A DNA stretch of 48,254 nt, taken from contig CP064996.1 of the NCBI GenBank assembly GCA_016699995.1, positions 478,330 to 526,583 of the forward strand. Direction: 5' to 3'. The DNA comes from a bacterium. Lineage in GTDB: Bacteria; Patescibacteriota; Doudnabacteria; UBA920. Made by a program: the position numbers and the translations under genes. The notes beneath the pieces are model-generated. The model was not told the DNA's origin. It made no database searches and saw nothing but the letters and a program-made list of their open reading frames with translations. Positions 37,261 to 45,556 of this stretch are shown here, piece by piece (position 1 is the stretch's first letter; the number at the start of each line of letters is the position of its first letter).

Positions 37261-38892
37261 TCACTCAGAAAAATGCCACCACTCATTATTAAATGGGCTA
37301 AAGCCAGCTGCTGTCATGGTATCTCTCAATAACTTTGCATCAGCATTACTAGACTTGTAATGTGCGGCGGTAGAAAACTCATCGAAATTAGAAGGCATAG
37401 ATGCACCAGATATCGTTAAATCTACAGCTTTACCAAGTGGATGATTACCTCCGGTAGCTATGTATGAACCTAAATAACTATTTGGTTGCTTTGCCTGCTT
37501 ACGTGCCCAATCTACTTTTCCTTTCGCCCATGCAACCATCAGCTCTTGTACAGCTTTTGGTCTATAACAATCGTATATCTCCAAAGTTTTTCCTTTCGCA
37601 GTCAAAGCTTGTTGCGCTTTTTTTAACTGGGTAGACATTGTAGAAGTCATATAACATTTTGCCTGTTTATATAAAGCTGTTCCGGTGAAGTTATCACTGG
37701 TTGCATATTTCATATTAATTTTAACTCCATGGCTCGATTCTGTGACTTCTGTCATTCCCGATAGCGGCGTTACATCAACTGCGACCGTAGAACCAGATGA
37801 GCCACCTCCCCCACCTCCGCCTACACCACCTTTACATGAAGCAATAGAAGACTTCATATTTTCCCAAGTACCACCTTTACCGTCACCTGTTATCCATTGG
37901 CCGCCTAGCTTTAATTCGAAGTGTAAATGAGGACCCAAAGCCCCTCTATACAAAGTAGTCTTTCCAATTTGCTGGCCAGCAGTAACTTGATCTCCTGCCG
38001 CCACATTGGCATCTATATGAGCGAGGTTCGCACACTGATTAGCATTGGAACATCCAGAACCACCAGACCTTGTATCTCCCGTAATTGTTACATAACCACC
38101 GGTGCCATCTCCTAACTCTCTACGAACATCTACTTTCCCGTTAATCGGAGAGTAAACCGGAACTTGATTCCCTTTACCAATAGCTAAGTCTACCGCGCCT
38201 TTAGGATCGTCCGGTGAATTAGGAGCACGCCTTACAGTTCTATGGCCTGTGGCACTTGGGTCTGTCCATGAATTATGGACTGTATTATTAAAACTCTTCA
38301 CGGCTGATGCCTCTATCGGCATAGCACACACCCCACCACCACTTACAACCTGACCAGCATTACCTCCTGTGGTGATAATACAATTTTGATTAAAACCAAT
38401 TTCTTCACAGCTCGGAAGATTACCGGCATCGAAAATTGGCGGCTGGATCCGTTTAATACTCACTAAATTCGGATTGATAAAATATAGAAGCAAATAACCG
38501 CCCAGTAATATGGCCAAGCCAGTACCTGTATTCATTAAGATTTTTTTTGCCTGCTCTTTACCACTTTGTGCGCCACTAATATACAAATACCCAGCATAAA
38601 CAATAAAAAATACTAGTAGTAATGCCCCAGCAGAAGCTCCAAATTTAAACAGACGATTAATACAAATTATTAGATCCTGGCCTTGAGCCTCTGGGCTTGG
38701 GGCACAAAGATAGTCTTTAATGCTTTGATCAACTCCAGCGTTATATACTGGCAGTTCTGGAGGTGCTTCTGCAGGCGGTTGACTCACTGTAGCTGGACTG
38801 GCTGGTTGAGCAAATACCAAAATCGGATTGACCGACATAACAGCCAATCCAAAAATCACTATGAATTTTGTCAGTTTATTTGGCAAGTTCAC
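37261..38892 (-). CDS. pilin-like N-module fused to an M23 endopeptidase and a VanX-like (M15D) D-Ala-D-Ala dipeptidase domain (paralog P2)
   Basis: Same N-module as P1 and P3. M23 block LAHIDANVAAGDQVTAGQQIGK...GPHLHFE. A poly-Gly linker follows. VanX-like block KYATSDNFTG...YDCYRP...GGNHPLGKAVDLTI...NEWWHFS. Confidence 0.8.
   Translation of the reverse strand: MNLPNKLTKFIVIFGLAVMSVNPILVFAQPASPATVSQPPAEAPPELPVYNAGVDQSIKDYLCAPSPEAQGQDLIICINRLFKFGASAGALLLVFFIVYAGYLYISGAQSGKEQAKKILMNTGTGLAILLGGYLLLYFINPNLVSIKRIQPPIFDAGNLPSCEEIGFNQNCIITTGGNAGQVVSGGGVCAMPIEASAVKSFNNTVHNSWTDPSATGHRTVRRAPNSPDDPKGAVDLAIGKGNQVPVYSPINGKVDVRRELGDGTGGYVTITGDTRSGGSGCSNANQCANLAHIDANVAAGDQVTAGQQIGKTTLYRGALGPHLHFELKLGGQWITGDGKGGTWENMKSSIASCKGGVGGGGGGGSSGSTVAVDVTPLSGMTEVTESSHGVKINMKYATSDNFTGTALYKQAKCYMTSTMSTQLKKAQQALTAKGKTLEIYDCYRPKAVQELMVAWAKGKVDWARKQAKQPNSYLGSYIATGGNHPLGKAVDLTISGASMPSNFDEFSTAAHYKSSNADAKLLRDTMTAAGFSPFNNEWWHFSE
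38362..38892 (-). repeat. paralogous N-module coding segment, copy in P2
   Basis: Encodes aa 1-177 of P2. The 32-nt stretch 38432-38463 matches 40716-40747 at 29 of 32 positions. Confidence 0.7.
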
Positions 38893-39628
38893 TGTCTATT
38901 ATTTGCTTGTAATTTTCATATGGCATAACACCTTCTGTTCTTATACCATTAATGAACACTGTAGGTGTAGAATTCACTCCGTACTTTTGACTCAAGTTAT
39001 TTGATTCCTCTATTAAGTCTTTATATAATCTAGTATCAAAGCACTTATTAAAAATTACTGAGTCTACTCCCAATTCTAAAGCTATCTTCTTTAAATTATC
39101 ATCGCTGAAAGCGCCTTGATTTTCTCCAAATTGACCATCAAATAGCCTATCATGATACTCCCAAAATTTACCTTGATCCTTTGCACAAACCGCAGCTTCT
39201 GCGGCCTTAATTGATTCATCGCCCAGAAAAGCTAAATCCCAGTAAATAAATTTCACTTTTCCTGTCTGAATATATTCGCTCTCCATCTTTGGAAAGATCG
39301 TTTTGTGCCATTCACCACAAAACGGGCATTGGAAATCGGCGAATTCAATAACAGTGACTTTTGCGTCATCACTACCCAGTTGAGATTTATATCTTGGAAT
39401 ATCAATTTGAACAGGTGTTTGATCTGTATTAATCTGTGATCCAGAATCTTTATTGACAGAGCCTTGTTCTCTGATCTCCCTTGAGATAAGCCAACCTGCA
39501 CCTAAAATACTGACTCCAATTAACCATGCAGCAATGATTATAGTTACGATAATTGGACTAAATCGCCCTTTAATCTTTTGTTTATCTTCAGACAACTTCT
39601 CGATATCGATATTATTTTGGTGATCCAT
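38876..39628 (-). CDS. DsbA-family thiol:disulfide oxidoreductase, membrane anchored
   Basis: TM helix followed by VIEFADFQCPFCGEWH (CPFC active site) and a thioredoxin-like layout. Overlaps the P2 start by 17 nt. Confidence 0.8.
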   Translation of the reverse strand: MDHQNNIDIEKLSEDKQKIKGRFSPIIVTIIIAAWLIGVSILGAGWLISREIREQGSVNKDSGSQINTDQTPVQIDIPRYKSQLGSDDAKVTVIEFADFQCPFCGEWHKTIFPKMESEYIQTGKVKFIYWDLAFLGDESIKAAEAAVCAKDQGKFWEYHDRLFDGQFGENQGAFSDDNLKKIALELGVDSVIFNKCFDTRLYKDLIEESNNLSQKYGVNSTPTVFINGIRTEGVMPYENYKQIIDSELAK

Positions 39629-39630
39629 AA

Positions 39631-40080
39631 TTATTCATTAAATGGTATAAAATCTTCACAAAAACTAAAGCCATAGCTTATCCCTGACATTTCTGGCCAA
39701 TAGGATGGCGGTATAATCAATGAAATTTTCTGAGAACAAATTGAGTCAGCATCCATTCCAGTGAAATTTAATAACTGTTGTTCTGCATCAATACGTAATT
39801 CATTAATAACAGCATTGGTCTGTTGACTAGGTAATAATACAATTAAAAATTCTTTTGTAACTTTGTCATAAGTAATAAAAAAGTTTTCTGTTTCATGAAG
39901 AGTTAAAATGTCTCCCTGGGATTTGACTGCCCTCTGTTCAAGTAATGCTTCTAAATTAGTTGGTGTTGTTTCTTTAGTTGGTTCGTTATTGCTCTGAGAC
40001 CTAACCAAAACAAACACTAAGCCAGACAAGACTGCGATTACAACTATTATTACAATAGCTAACTTTTGTTTTATACTCAT
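39631..40080 (-). CDS. hypothetical membrane-anchored protein, 149 aa
   Basis: N-terminal TM helix plus an extracytoplasmic domain of about 110 aa. Ends 2 nt before the DsbA gene start. No motif recognised. Confidence 0.55.
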   Translation of the reverse strand: MSIKQKLAIVIIVVIAVLSGLVFVLVRSQSNNEPTKETTPTNLEALLEQRAVKSQGDILTLHETENFFITYDKVTKEFLIVLLPSQQTNAVINELRIDAEQQLLNFTGMDADSICSQKISLIIPPSYWPEMSGISYGFSFCEDFIPFNE

Positions 40081-40117
40081 AAGATTTTATACTAATTTTT
40101 TAAGCATACTTTTATTA

Positions 40118-41179
40118 TCACCTTGGAGGGAAAGTTTTACAAAACTTGCTACGACTAGCAGCAGAATATGGTCCAGGAATTTGACATCGATAAGCTGAGC
40201 AAATCCAATCTTTAAAATTACCTCCTCGGCCCTTATAGAGACCGCACGCAACTTTGGTCTGTGCCGCCACATCACCCAAAGCCGAAACACAGGCTTGCAA
40301 TTCAGCTTTACTCACAGCTAACCGGCAACTAAAATTCTTCCCATTAAACAAAGTTTTTTGACAAGCTTGTGGCATATACGGCTGTCCTTGATGGTAAGTC
40401 AAATTAATCTGCCACAAACCATAAGAGAACGATGTTCCGTCGGCACATTTATCTGAACCTGAGGCTATCGTCAAATTTGCACCACCAGCACTTTCTAGAT
40501 TACAAACCCTTGAAGCATCTTCCGGATTCCACGCGCTACACAACTTCATGTTTTCTACAGAACAAGCACCAGAATTCATAATCTTACAACTCCCAGCGCC
40601 AGCTCCACCAGAACCAGTACTTGGATTAAACACTTGGCCACTGCTACCGCCGGTGGTTATGATACATTTATCAGAAAATCCAATCTCCTCACAACTTGGT
40701 AGATCGGCCGCATTAAAAATTGGCGGCTGAATCCGTTTAATATTGACCAGCTCTGGGTTAATAAAATTAAGTAATAGGAAGCTACCCAACATCACAGCCA
40801 TACCAGTAAATGCTGCTTGTAGTGTCTGCTTAGCTTTTGTTTTAGACGCCTCCGAACCAGTCATGTAAATGTAACCAGCGTATACAATAAAGAACACAAT
40901 CAACACTGCACCCGCAGAAATACCAAAACGATAGAGACGATCAATGCAGTCGAACAAATCTGTCCCAGTACCTTCTGGGGTGCAAAGGTAATCTTTAATG
41001 CTCTGATCTACGCCAGCGTTATAAACTGGTAATTCCGTTGGTTCTTGAGCAGCCGGACGCAGCGGGTCTGGTAAGGAATCTTGAGCATTAGCTTGTAAAG
41101 GCGCCAAAAAAGCAAAAAACTGAAACACAACAATTGTACTAAGTAAAGCAATCTTTAATTTGCGAGCCCAGGTTTTCAT
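40118..41179 (-). CDS. pilin-like N-module fused to a Cys-rich lysozyme-like / lytic transglycosylase domain (paralog P3)
   Basis: Same N-module as P1 and P2. The C-terminal CNLESAGG...SFSYGLWQIN resembles the catalytic E-S...G-L-x-Q-I signature of the SLT/lysozyme superfamily. Many Cys residues. Confidence 0.7.
   Translation of the reverse strand: MKTWARKLKIALLSTIVVFQFFAFLAPLQANAQDSLPDPLRPAAQEPTELPVYNAGVDQSIKDYLCTPEGTGTDLFDCIDRLYRFGISAGAVLIVFFIVYAGYIYMTGSEASKTKAKQTLQAAFTGMAVMLGSFLLLNFINPELVNIKRIQPPIFNAADLPSCEEIGFSDKCIITTGGSSGQVFNPSTGSGGAGAGSCKIMNSGACSVENMKLCSAWNPEDASRVCNLESAGGANLTIASGSDKCADGTSFSYGLWQINLTYHQGQPYMPQACQKTLFNGKNFSCRLAVSKAELQACVSALGDVAAQTKVACGLYKGRGGNFKDWICSAYRCQIPGPYSAASRSKFCKTFPPR
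40646..41179 (-). repeat. paralogous N-module coding segment, copy in P3
   Basis: Encodes aa 1-178 of P3. Confidence 0.7.
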
Positions 41180-41234
41180 TTATATTTATTTCAAATTAAT
41201 TAAGCCGCTTTCGCAATTTAGCGGCGGCTTAATT

Positions 41235-42581
41235 CTATTGTCCCAAGAAGGTCATCGGGTTATAAGTGTATCCCGATGGTACTGAATACGCTCCATAAAC
41301 ATCTGAGTACTTTCCAGGTGTCACGGTGTAGCCGTCGCAGTCAAATACCGAAAAATGTAGATGATAGCCACGTTCTGGACCATAAAGTAAACGAGTAGTA
41401 TTACCAGTGTTGCCTTCGTAACCAACTAAATCCCCTTTCTCAACCTTAGATCCAGTCTTAACTTTAATCGAACGCATGTGAGCATATAACGTAACTATAC
41501 AACGAGCTCCGCTTTTTGTTTCAATATTATGTTTTATAGTACACCAATTGCCATATGCCGCTTCGCCAGTATCACACTTAGCCACCGTTCCATCTGCCGC
41601 TGCATAAATCGGTTTACCAGCTGGGGCAGCGATGTCGATACCGTTATGAGAATTGTAACCAAGTGAACGGAAACCAGTGTTACCGTAACCTTGTGTTAAC
41701 ACGCCGTCCATTGGCCAAGCTAAAACGCCTTTGCTCACCGAAATAGATTTTTTACCACCCTTAGATTGAGCTGCGGAGTCTAAATCGCTCAACTCTTCTA
41801 GAATTTTATACTCTTCGTTTTTAGTCTGACCAAGCAAAGCCTGATAATTCTTTTCTGCACCCTTGGTTTGAGCAAGTAATTGCTCTTTTGCACCGCGCTG
41901 GCTTTCTAAAGTATCTTGACTTATAGCTAATTCATCCTTAAGGGATTCGAGTTTAGCCAAAGACTCTTTAAGATCTTTCTGCTGAGTTTCTAATTTAACT
42001 TTAATTTCTTTAATACGGGACACTAAAGAATAAACTTGATCCTGAACACTGCGCACATATTGTACTTGATCTAAAAAGCTAGAGAAATCATCCGTGCCTA
42101 AACCAATTTGTAAAAAGGAACTGTTATCCAGTTTAGCCAATTGTAAAATCAAAGAAGATAAGATTTTTTTATTCTCATCAATTTCTTCTTGTCGGCGTTG
42201 AATCTGAATTTCTAATTCGTTAATTTGAAGAGTTGTATCTTCTCGTTGAGTCTGATTAGCTTCGATTTGCAATTCTAAAGACTTAATCTGATTATCATAA
42301 ATACTAATCTCATTTTGCAGACTCGCAGACTGGTTACGAGTTTGGCTAATCTGTTGTTGGTAACTATTAATCTGACTCTTAAGTTGCTCCAATTTAAGCT
42401 GTAGACGATCTCGGTCGTTGGCACCATAAACAGTCGGGGTTTTGACAATACTATAACTACCCAAAACAGAGGTCACGACAGCCAAAAAAGCTAAACTTCC
42501 GATGAGTAGAGTTTTAGCATTTTTTTTACCTGTTTTAGAGGGTTTTTCTTGAATTTTTGTTTCTGATTTACTCGTTATCAT
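41235..42581 (-). CDS. coiled-coil M23 (LytM) peptidase, EnvC/PcsB-like architecture
   Basis: TM or signal anchor, then a heptad-rich region of about 230 aa. The C-terminus has HNGIDIAAPAGKPIYAAADG...YAHM...GYHLHFSVF (H-x3-D and H-x-H). Confidence 0.85.
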   Translation of the reverse strand: MITSKSETKIQEKPSKTGKKNAKTLLIGSLAFLAVVTSVLGSYSIVKTPTVYGANDRDRLQLKLEQLKSQINSYQQQISQTRNQSASLQNEISIYDNQIKSLELQIEANQTQREDTTLQINELEIQIQRRQEEIDENKKILSSLILQLAKLDNSSFLQIGLGTDDFSSFLDQVQYVRSVQDQVYSLVSRIKEIKVKLETQQKDLKESLAKLESLKDELAISQDTLESQRGAKEQLLAQTKGAEKNYQALLGQTKNEEYKILEELSDLDSAAQSKGGKKSISVSKGVLAWPMDGVLTQGYGNTGFRSLGYNSHNGIDIAAPAGKPIYAAADGTVAKCDTGEAAYGNWCTIKHNIETKSGARCIVTLYAHMRSIKVKTGSKVEKGDLVGYEGNTGNTTRLLYGPERGYHLHFSVFDCDGYTVTPGKYSDVYGAYSVPSGYTYNPMTFLGQ

Positions 42582-42588
42582 TACTGTG

Positions 42589-42597
42589 ATTATAGCA
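42589..42597 (-). promoter_or_regulatory. extended -10 promoter (TGcTATAAT on the minus strand), 7 nt upstream of the ATG at 42581; leaderless-type
   Basis: The minus strand reads tgctataat-cacagta-ATG. Confidence 0.5.
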
Positions 42598-42605
42598 CAA
42601 AATCA

Positions 42606-42635
42606 AAGACTTTTGAAGTGTTATTCAAAAGTCTT
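42606..42635 (-). terminator. hairpin terminator after gltX
   Basis: 12-bp stem aagacttttgaa/ttcaaaagtctt with a 6-nt loop. Read on the minus strand it is followed by attttgtgc. Confidence 0.55.
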
Positions 42636-42667
42636 GAGTGTAATATAGCTATTCTGATTTTAGATAC

Positions 42668-44185
42668 TTAGGATAATAAGTTTATCGCTTTATTTAAGCG
42701 ATTTATCACATTTTCTTTGCCGCCATTAAGAACCAAACAGCCAGCGACCTCAAATGGACTAGGACTCTTTGCTAAACCCGTTAATGCAACCCGCATTGGC
42801 CATAAAACATTGCCAGTATCAAAACCCTGCTCCCCTATCCACTCCTTTATAATCGCTTCTAATTTTTCTGCAACGAAATCTTCAACATCCAAAGCCGAAA
42901 GTTTTTCTACCAGAGCTGTGAGCTTAGCGACAGCATCTAGCCTATCAGCTTTCTTCCAAATCACAATTTCTGGATCGTATTCTGGTTCTGCAAAATAAAA
43001 CTGAGTATCTTCTTTAATCTGTGATAAATTTTTTAAACGCTCCTTCTCAATCTTAACTACTGCTTGTAAAAATTGCTCTGGATAATCTTCGAGTTTAATA
43101 CCTTGTTCAACGAGATATGGTTTAAGCAATTCCAGTAATCGATCTTCGTTAGTCTGACGAATGTACATACCATTCATCCAATCTAGTTTATGCAAATCTA
43201 ATACTGCTCCAGACTTGTTAACTTTAACGAGATCGAATTGTTCGATGAGTTCCTGCATGCTGAAAACTTCTTGTTCGGTCTTTGGGTTCCAACCTAAGAA
43301 AGCTACAAAATTAACCAACGCTTCTGGCAAATAACCTTTTTGCAAAAAGTCTTCTACAGCCACGTCACCTTGTCGCTTTGATAATTTAGTCTTATCAGGG
43401 TTTGTAATCAAAGGTAGATGAGCAAATTGTGGCTTATCCCAGCCAAAAGCTTCGAACAGTAATAAATGCTTGGGAGTAGAAGGAATCCAGTCTTCACCGC
43501 GAATAACATGAGTGATTTCCATATAATGATCATCCACCACTACTGCTAAGTGATAAGTTGGAAAACCATCCGATTTTAGCAAAACTTGGTCATCTAAAAT
43601 CTCATGCTTATAAATAATATCGCCATAAACCAAATCATGCACTATAGTCTGACCCTCTTCTGGTATAGCCTGGCGAATAACAGCATTGGGATTGTCGGCA
43701 AGCTTAGAAGAAACTTCATCTTCAGAAAGATTGCGGCAATGACGGTCGTACATTGGCGGCTTTTTAAGAGCAGTTTGCTCTTTGCGTAATTCTTCTAAAC
43801 GTTCCTGAGTACAAAAACAATAATATGCTTTTTTTAGAGTCACCAATTTCTGTGCGTGTTCTTTGTATAATTCCAACCGTTGGGATTGTACATAAGGACC
43901 ATGTGCGCCACGATACTCAAGTTGGTGATCACCTGTTAAGCGAGGCCCTTCGTCAAACTCGATGCCTAAAGTCTTCATAACAGATAACAAGTTTTCGACA
44001 GCACCATCTATTTTACGACTTTGATCCGTATCCTCAATTCGTAAAATAGCCGTTCCGCCATGATGGCGCGCAAACAGGTACGCAAACAAAGCAGTGCGGA
44101 AATTGCCAACATGAACAAACCCGGTTGGGCTAGGTGCAAACCGACTTCTGACAGGCTGATTTGTTGTTATCTCTTGGTTAGACAT
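42668..44185 (-). CDS. gltX: glutamyl-tRNA synthetase
   Basis: RFAPSPTGFVHVGNFRTALF (HIGH-type) and KLSKRQG (KMSKS-type). Confidence 0.95.
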   Translation of the reverse strand: MSNQEITTNQPVRSRFAPSPTGFVHVGNFRTALFAYLFARHHGGTAILRIEDTDQSRKIDGAVENLLSVMKTLGIEFDEGPRLTGDHQLEYRGAHGPYVQSQRLELYKEHAQKLVTLKKAYYCFCTQERLEELRKEQTALKKPPMYDRHCRNLSEDEVSSKLADNPNAVIRQAIPEEGQTIVHDLVYGDIIYKHEILDDQVLLKSDGFPTYHLAVVVDDHYMEITHVIRGEDWIPSTPKHLLLFEAFGWDKPQFAHLPLITNPDKTKLSKRQGDVAVEDFLQKGYLPEALVNFVAFLGWNPKTEQEVFSMQELIEQFDLVKVNKSGAVLDLHKLDWMNGMYIRQTNEDRLLELLKPYLVEQGIKLEDYPEQFLQAVVKIEKERLKNLSQIKEDTQFYFAEPEYDPEIVIWKKADRLDAVAKLTALVEKLSALDVEDFVAEKLEAIIKEWIGEQGFDTGNVLWPMRVALTGLAKSPSPFEVAGCLVLNGGKENVINRLNKAINLLS

Positions 44186-44243
44186 ATATAAAATTTACTA
44201 TATTTACGGGCTTTTTTCAACAGTTTAAAGGAGGTCTATAAAG

Positions 44244-45296
44244 CTAAAGCTCGGTGCCGATAAGCTGTGAAAGTTCATTCAAGACAATCTCGGCAGAAGC
44301 CCGGCGTTCCGGAGAAATAGTTGCCAGCACTTCTTCCTTACTAAGCCATTTCCATTCGCTAAAATAGCCGTCTTCCAATTTAATTTCAGAGTCATCGCCG
44401 AGGAATCTAAAAAATACGGTGCGCTGTTCTTGGCCGCAGTACAATCGGCGGCTCAAAAAGAGGCTGCGATAGCCGTTAGTCCAGTCATACTTGTTAATAT
44501 GCGTCGCGGTCCCCAAATATTCGACGTTAGCCAAGTTAGCTTCCTCAATCAATTCCCGCTTGGCAGACTGAATCAAATCTTCGTGAGGCTTAACCCCTCC
44601 TTGAGGAAACAGCCAAAACTTTTTTCCTGCCAAGCCATATTGCCCATTTTTTATAATCCGCTCCGGGTCGCTGGCAAACAAGAATATTTTGTTGTCATTA
44701 TTCACTACCACGCAGGAAGCATTGCTGCGATACGGGAAAGTGGAAAAAACTTTAAAGCGAACCAATGAAACTATCAGGCCGAGGGTTGCATTGATGATTC
44801 TCCTCCAGCGGCGGGGCTGCGTAACCAATCGGAACAGCCACTCCAGCCCACTATTGCGAATCCAGGACGGCGGATTGCGCTTTACGCCGGCCGCGTAATC
44901 GAAAGTGCCGCCCACGCCCATAGCAAGCTTAACCGGCAAATCTGGCAAATGCTGCTTGATCCACTTTTCCTGTCTTGGCTGGCCGTAAGCAATAAACAGC
45001 ATGTCCGGCGCTGCTTGTTTAATATCCGCAATCAAAGACGGGTCGTCCTTGCTTTTTTGTGAAACCATCACCTGCAGATGGGGATACTTTTTTTGGAGCA
45101 AATCGGCTGTCATCTGAGCCGAGTTAAGCTGGTCATTCACTAAGTAAACCGATTTGTTATTTTCGGCTGCTAATTGGATTAGATCAAAAAAAACGTCTGC
45201 TCCAGTAATCTTCTCCGGGATATTCTTATACAAATATTTTGGGGTGAGCAAAACGCGAGCCCCGCTAATTACAACATGGATCCAAGTTTCCAACAC
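44244..45296 (-). CDS. WecG/TagA-family (GT26) glycosyltransferase fused to a C-terminal NUDIX hydrolase domain; the N-terminus continues in another frame
   Basis: AYGQPRQEKWI...MGVGGTFDYAAGVKRNPPSWIRNSGLEWLFRL (WecG/TagA), then the Nudix box GGVKPHEDLIQSAKRELIEEANL. Confidence 0.75.
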   Translation of the reverse strand: MLETWIHVVISGARVLLTPKYLYKNIPEKITGADVFFDLIQLAAENNKSVYLVNDQLNSAQMTADLLQKKYPHLQVMVSQKSKDDPSLIADIKQAAPDMLFIAYGQPRQEKWIKQHLPDLPVKLAMGVGGTFDYAAGVKRNPPSWIRNSGLEWLFRLVTQPRRWRRIINATLGLIVSLVRFKVFSTFPYRSNASCVVVNNDNKIFLFASDPERIIKNGQYGLAGKKFWLFPQGGVKPHEDLIQSAKRELIEEANLANVEYLGTATHINKYDWTNGYRSLFLSRRLYCGQEQRTVFFRFLGDDSEIKLEDGYFSEWKWLSKEEVLATISPERRASAEIVLNELSQLIGTEL

Positions 45297-45486
45297 TTTG
45301 CCCCAAAAACTGTGCGGAGCGAAGCGGCCAGCTCAAAAAGCGCTCTGCCCACATAATCGCCACGCCGTCAGCCAAGGCAATGTCGGAACTGTTAAACAAG
45401 TCGCGCAATTCCCCACTTCGTAAGGCCGCAAACAAAAATTCTGAGTTGGGAGTAGTAATAAAAGTTTGCCCATTGCCTTCGAGCAA
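45265..45486 (-). pseudogene. N-terminal fragment of the WecG/TagA gene in a different frame
   Basis: TTPNSEF...ADGVAIMWAERF matches the WecG/TagA N-terminal region. The frames meet at a G4/T5 run (plus-strand C4 at 45301-45304, A5 at 45305-45309). Confidence 0.6.
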
Positions 45487-45556
45487 ACTTTTTACCTTTG
45501 TAAGAACTCAGATTTTGTGACTGCGGATATATATTTAAATTGGCGACTAAAACTTT

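Noticed and set aside
41200-41232. Hairpin (ttaagccgc/gcggcttaa) between the M23 gene and P3, considered as an internal terminator splitting the operon.
   Set aside because: On the minus strand it is not followed by a T-run and the loop is 15 nt. It is more likely an mRNA-stabilising or processing hairpin, so the seven genes are still treated as one unit.
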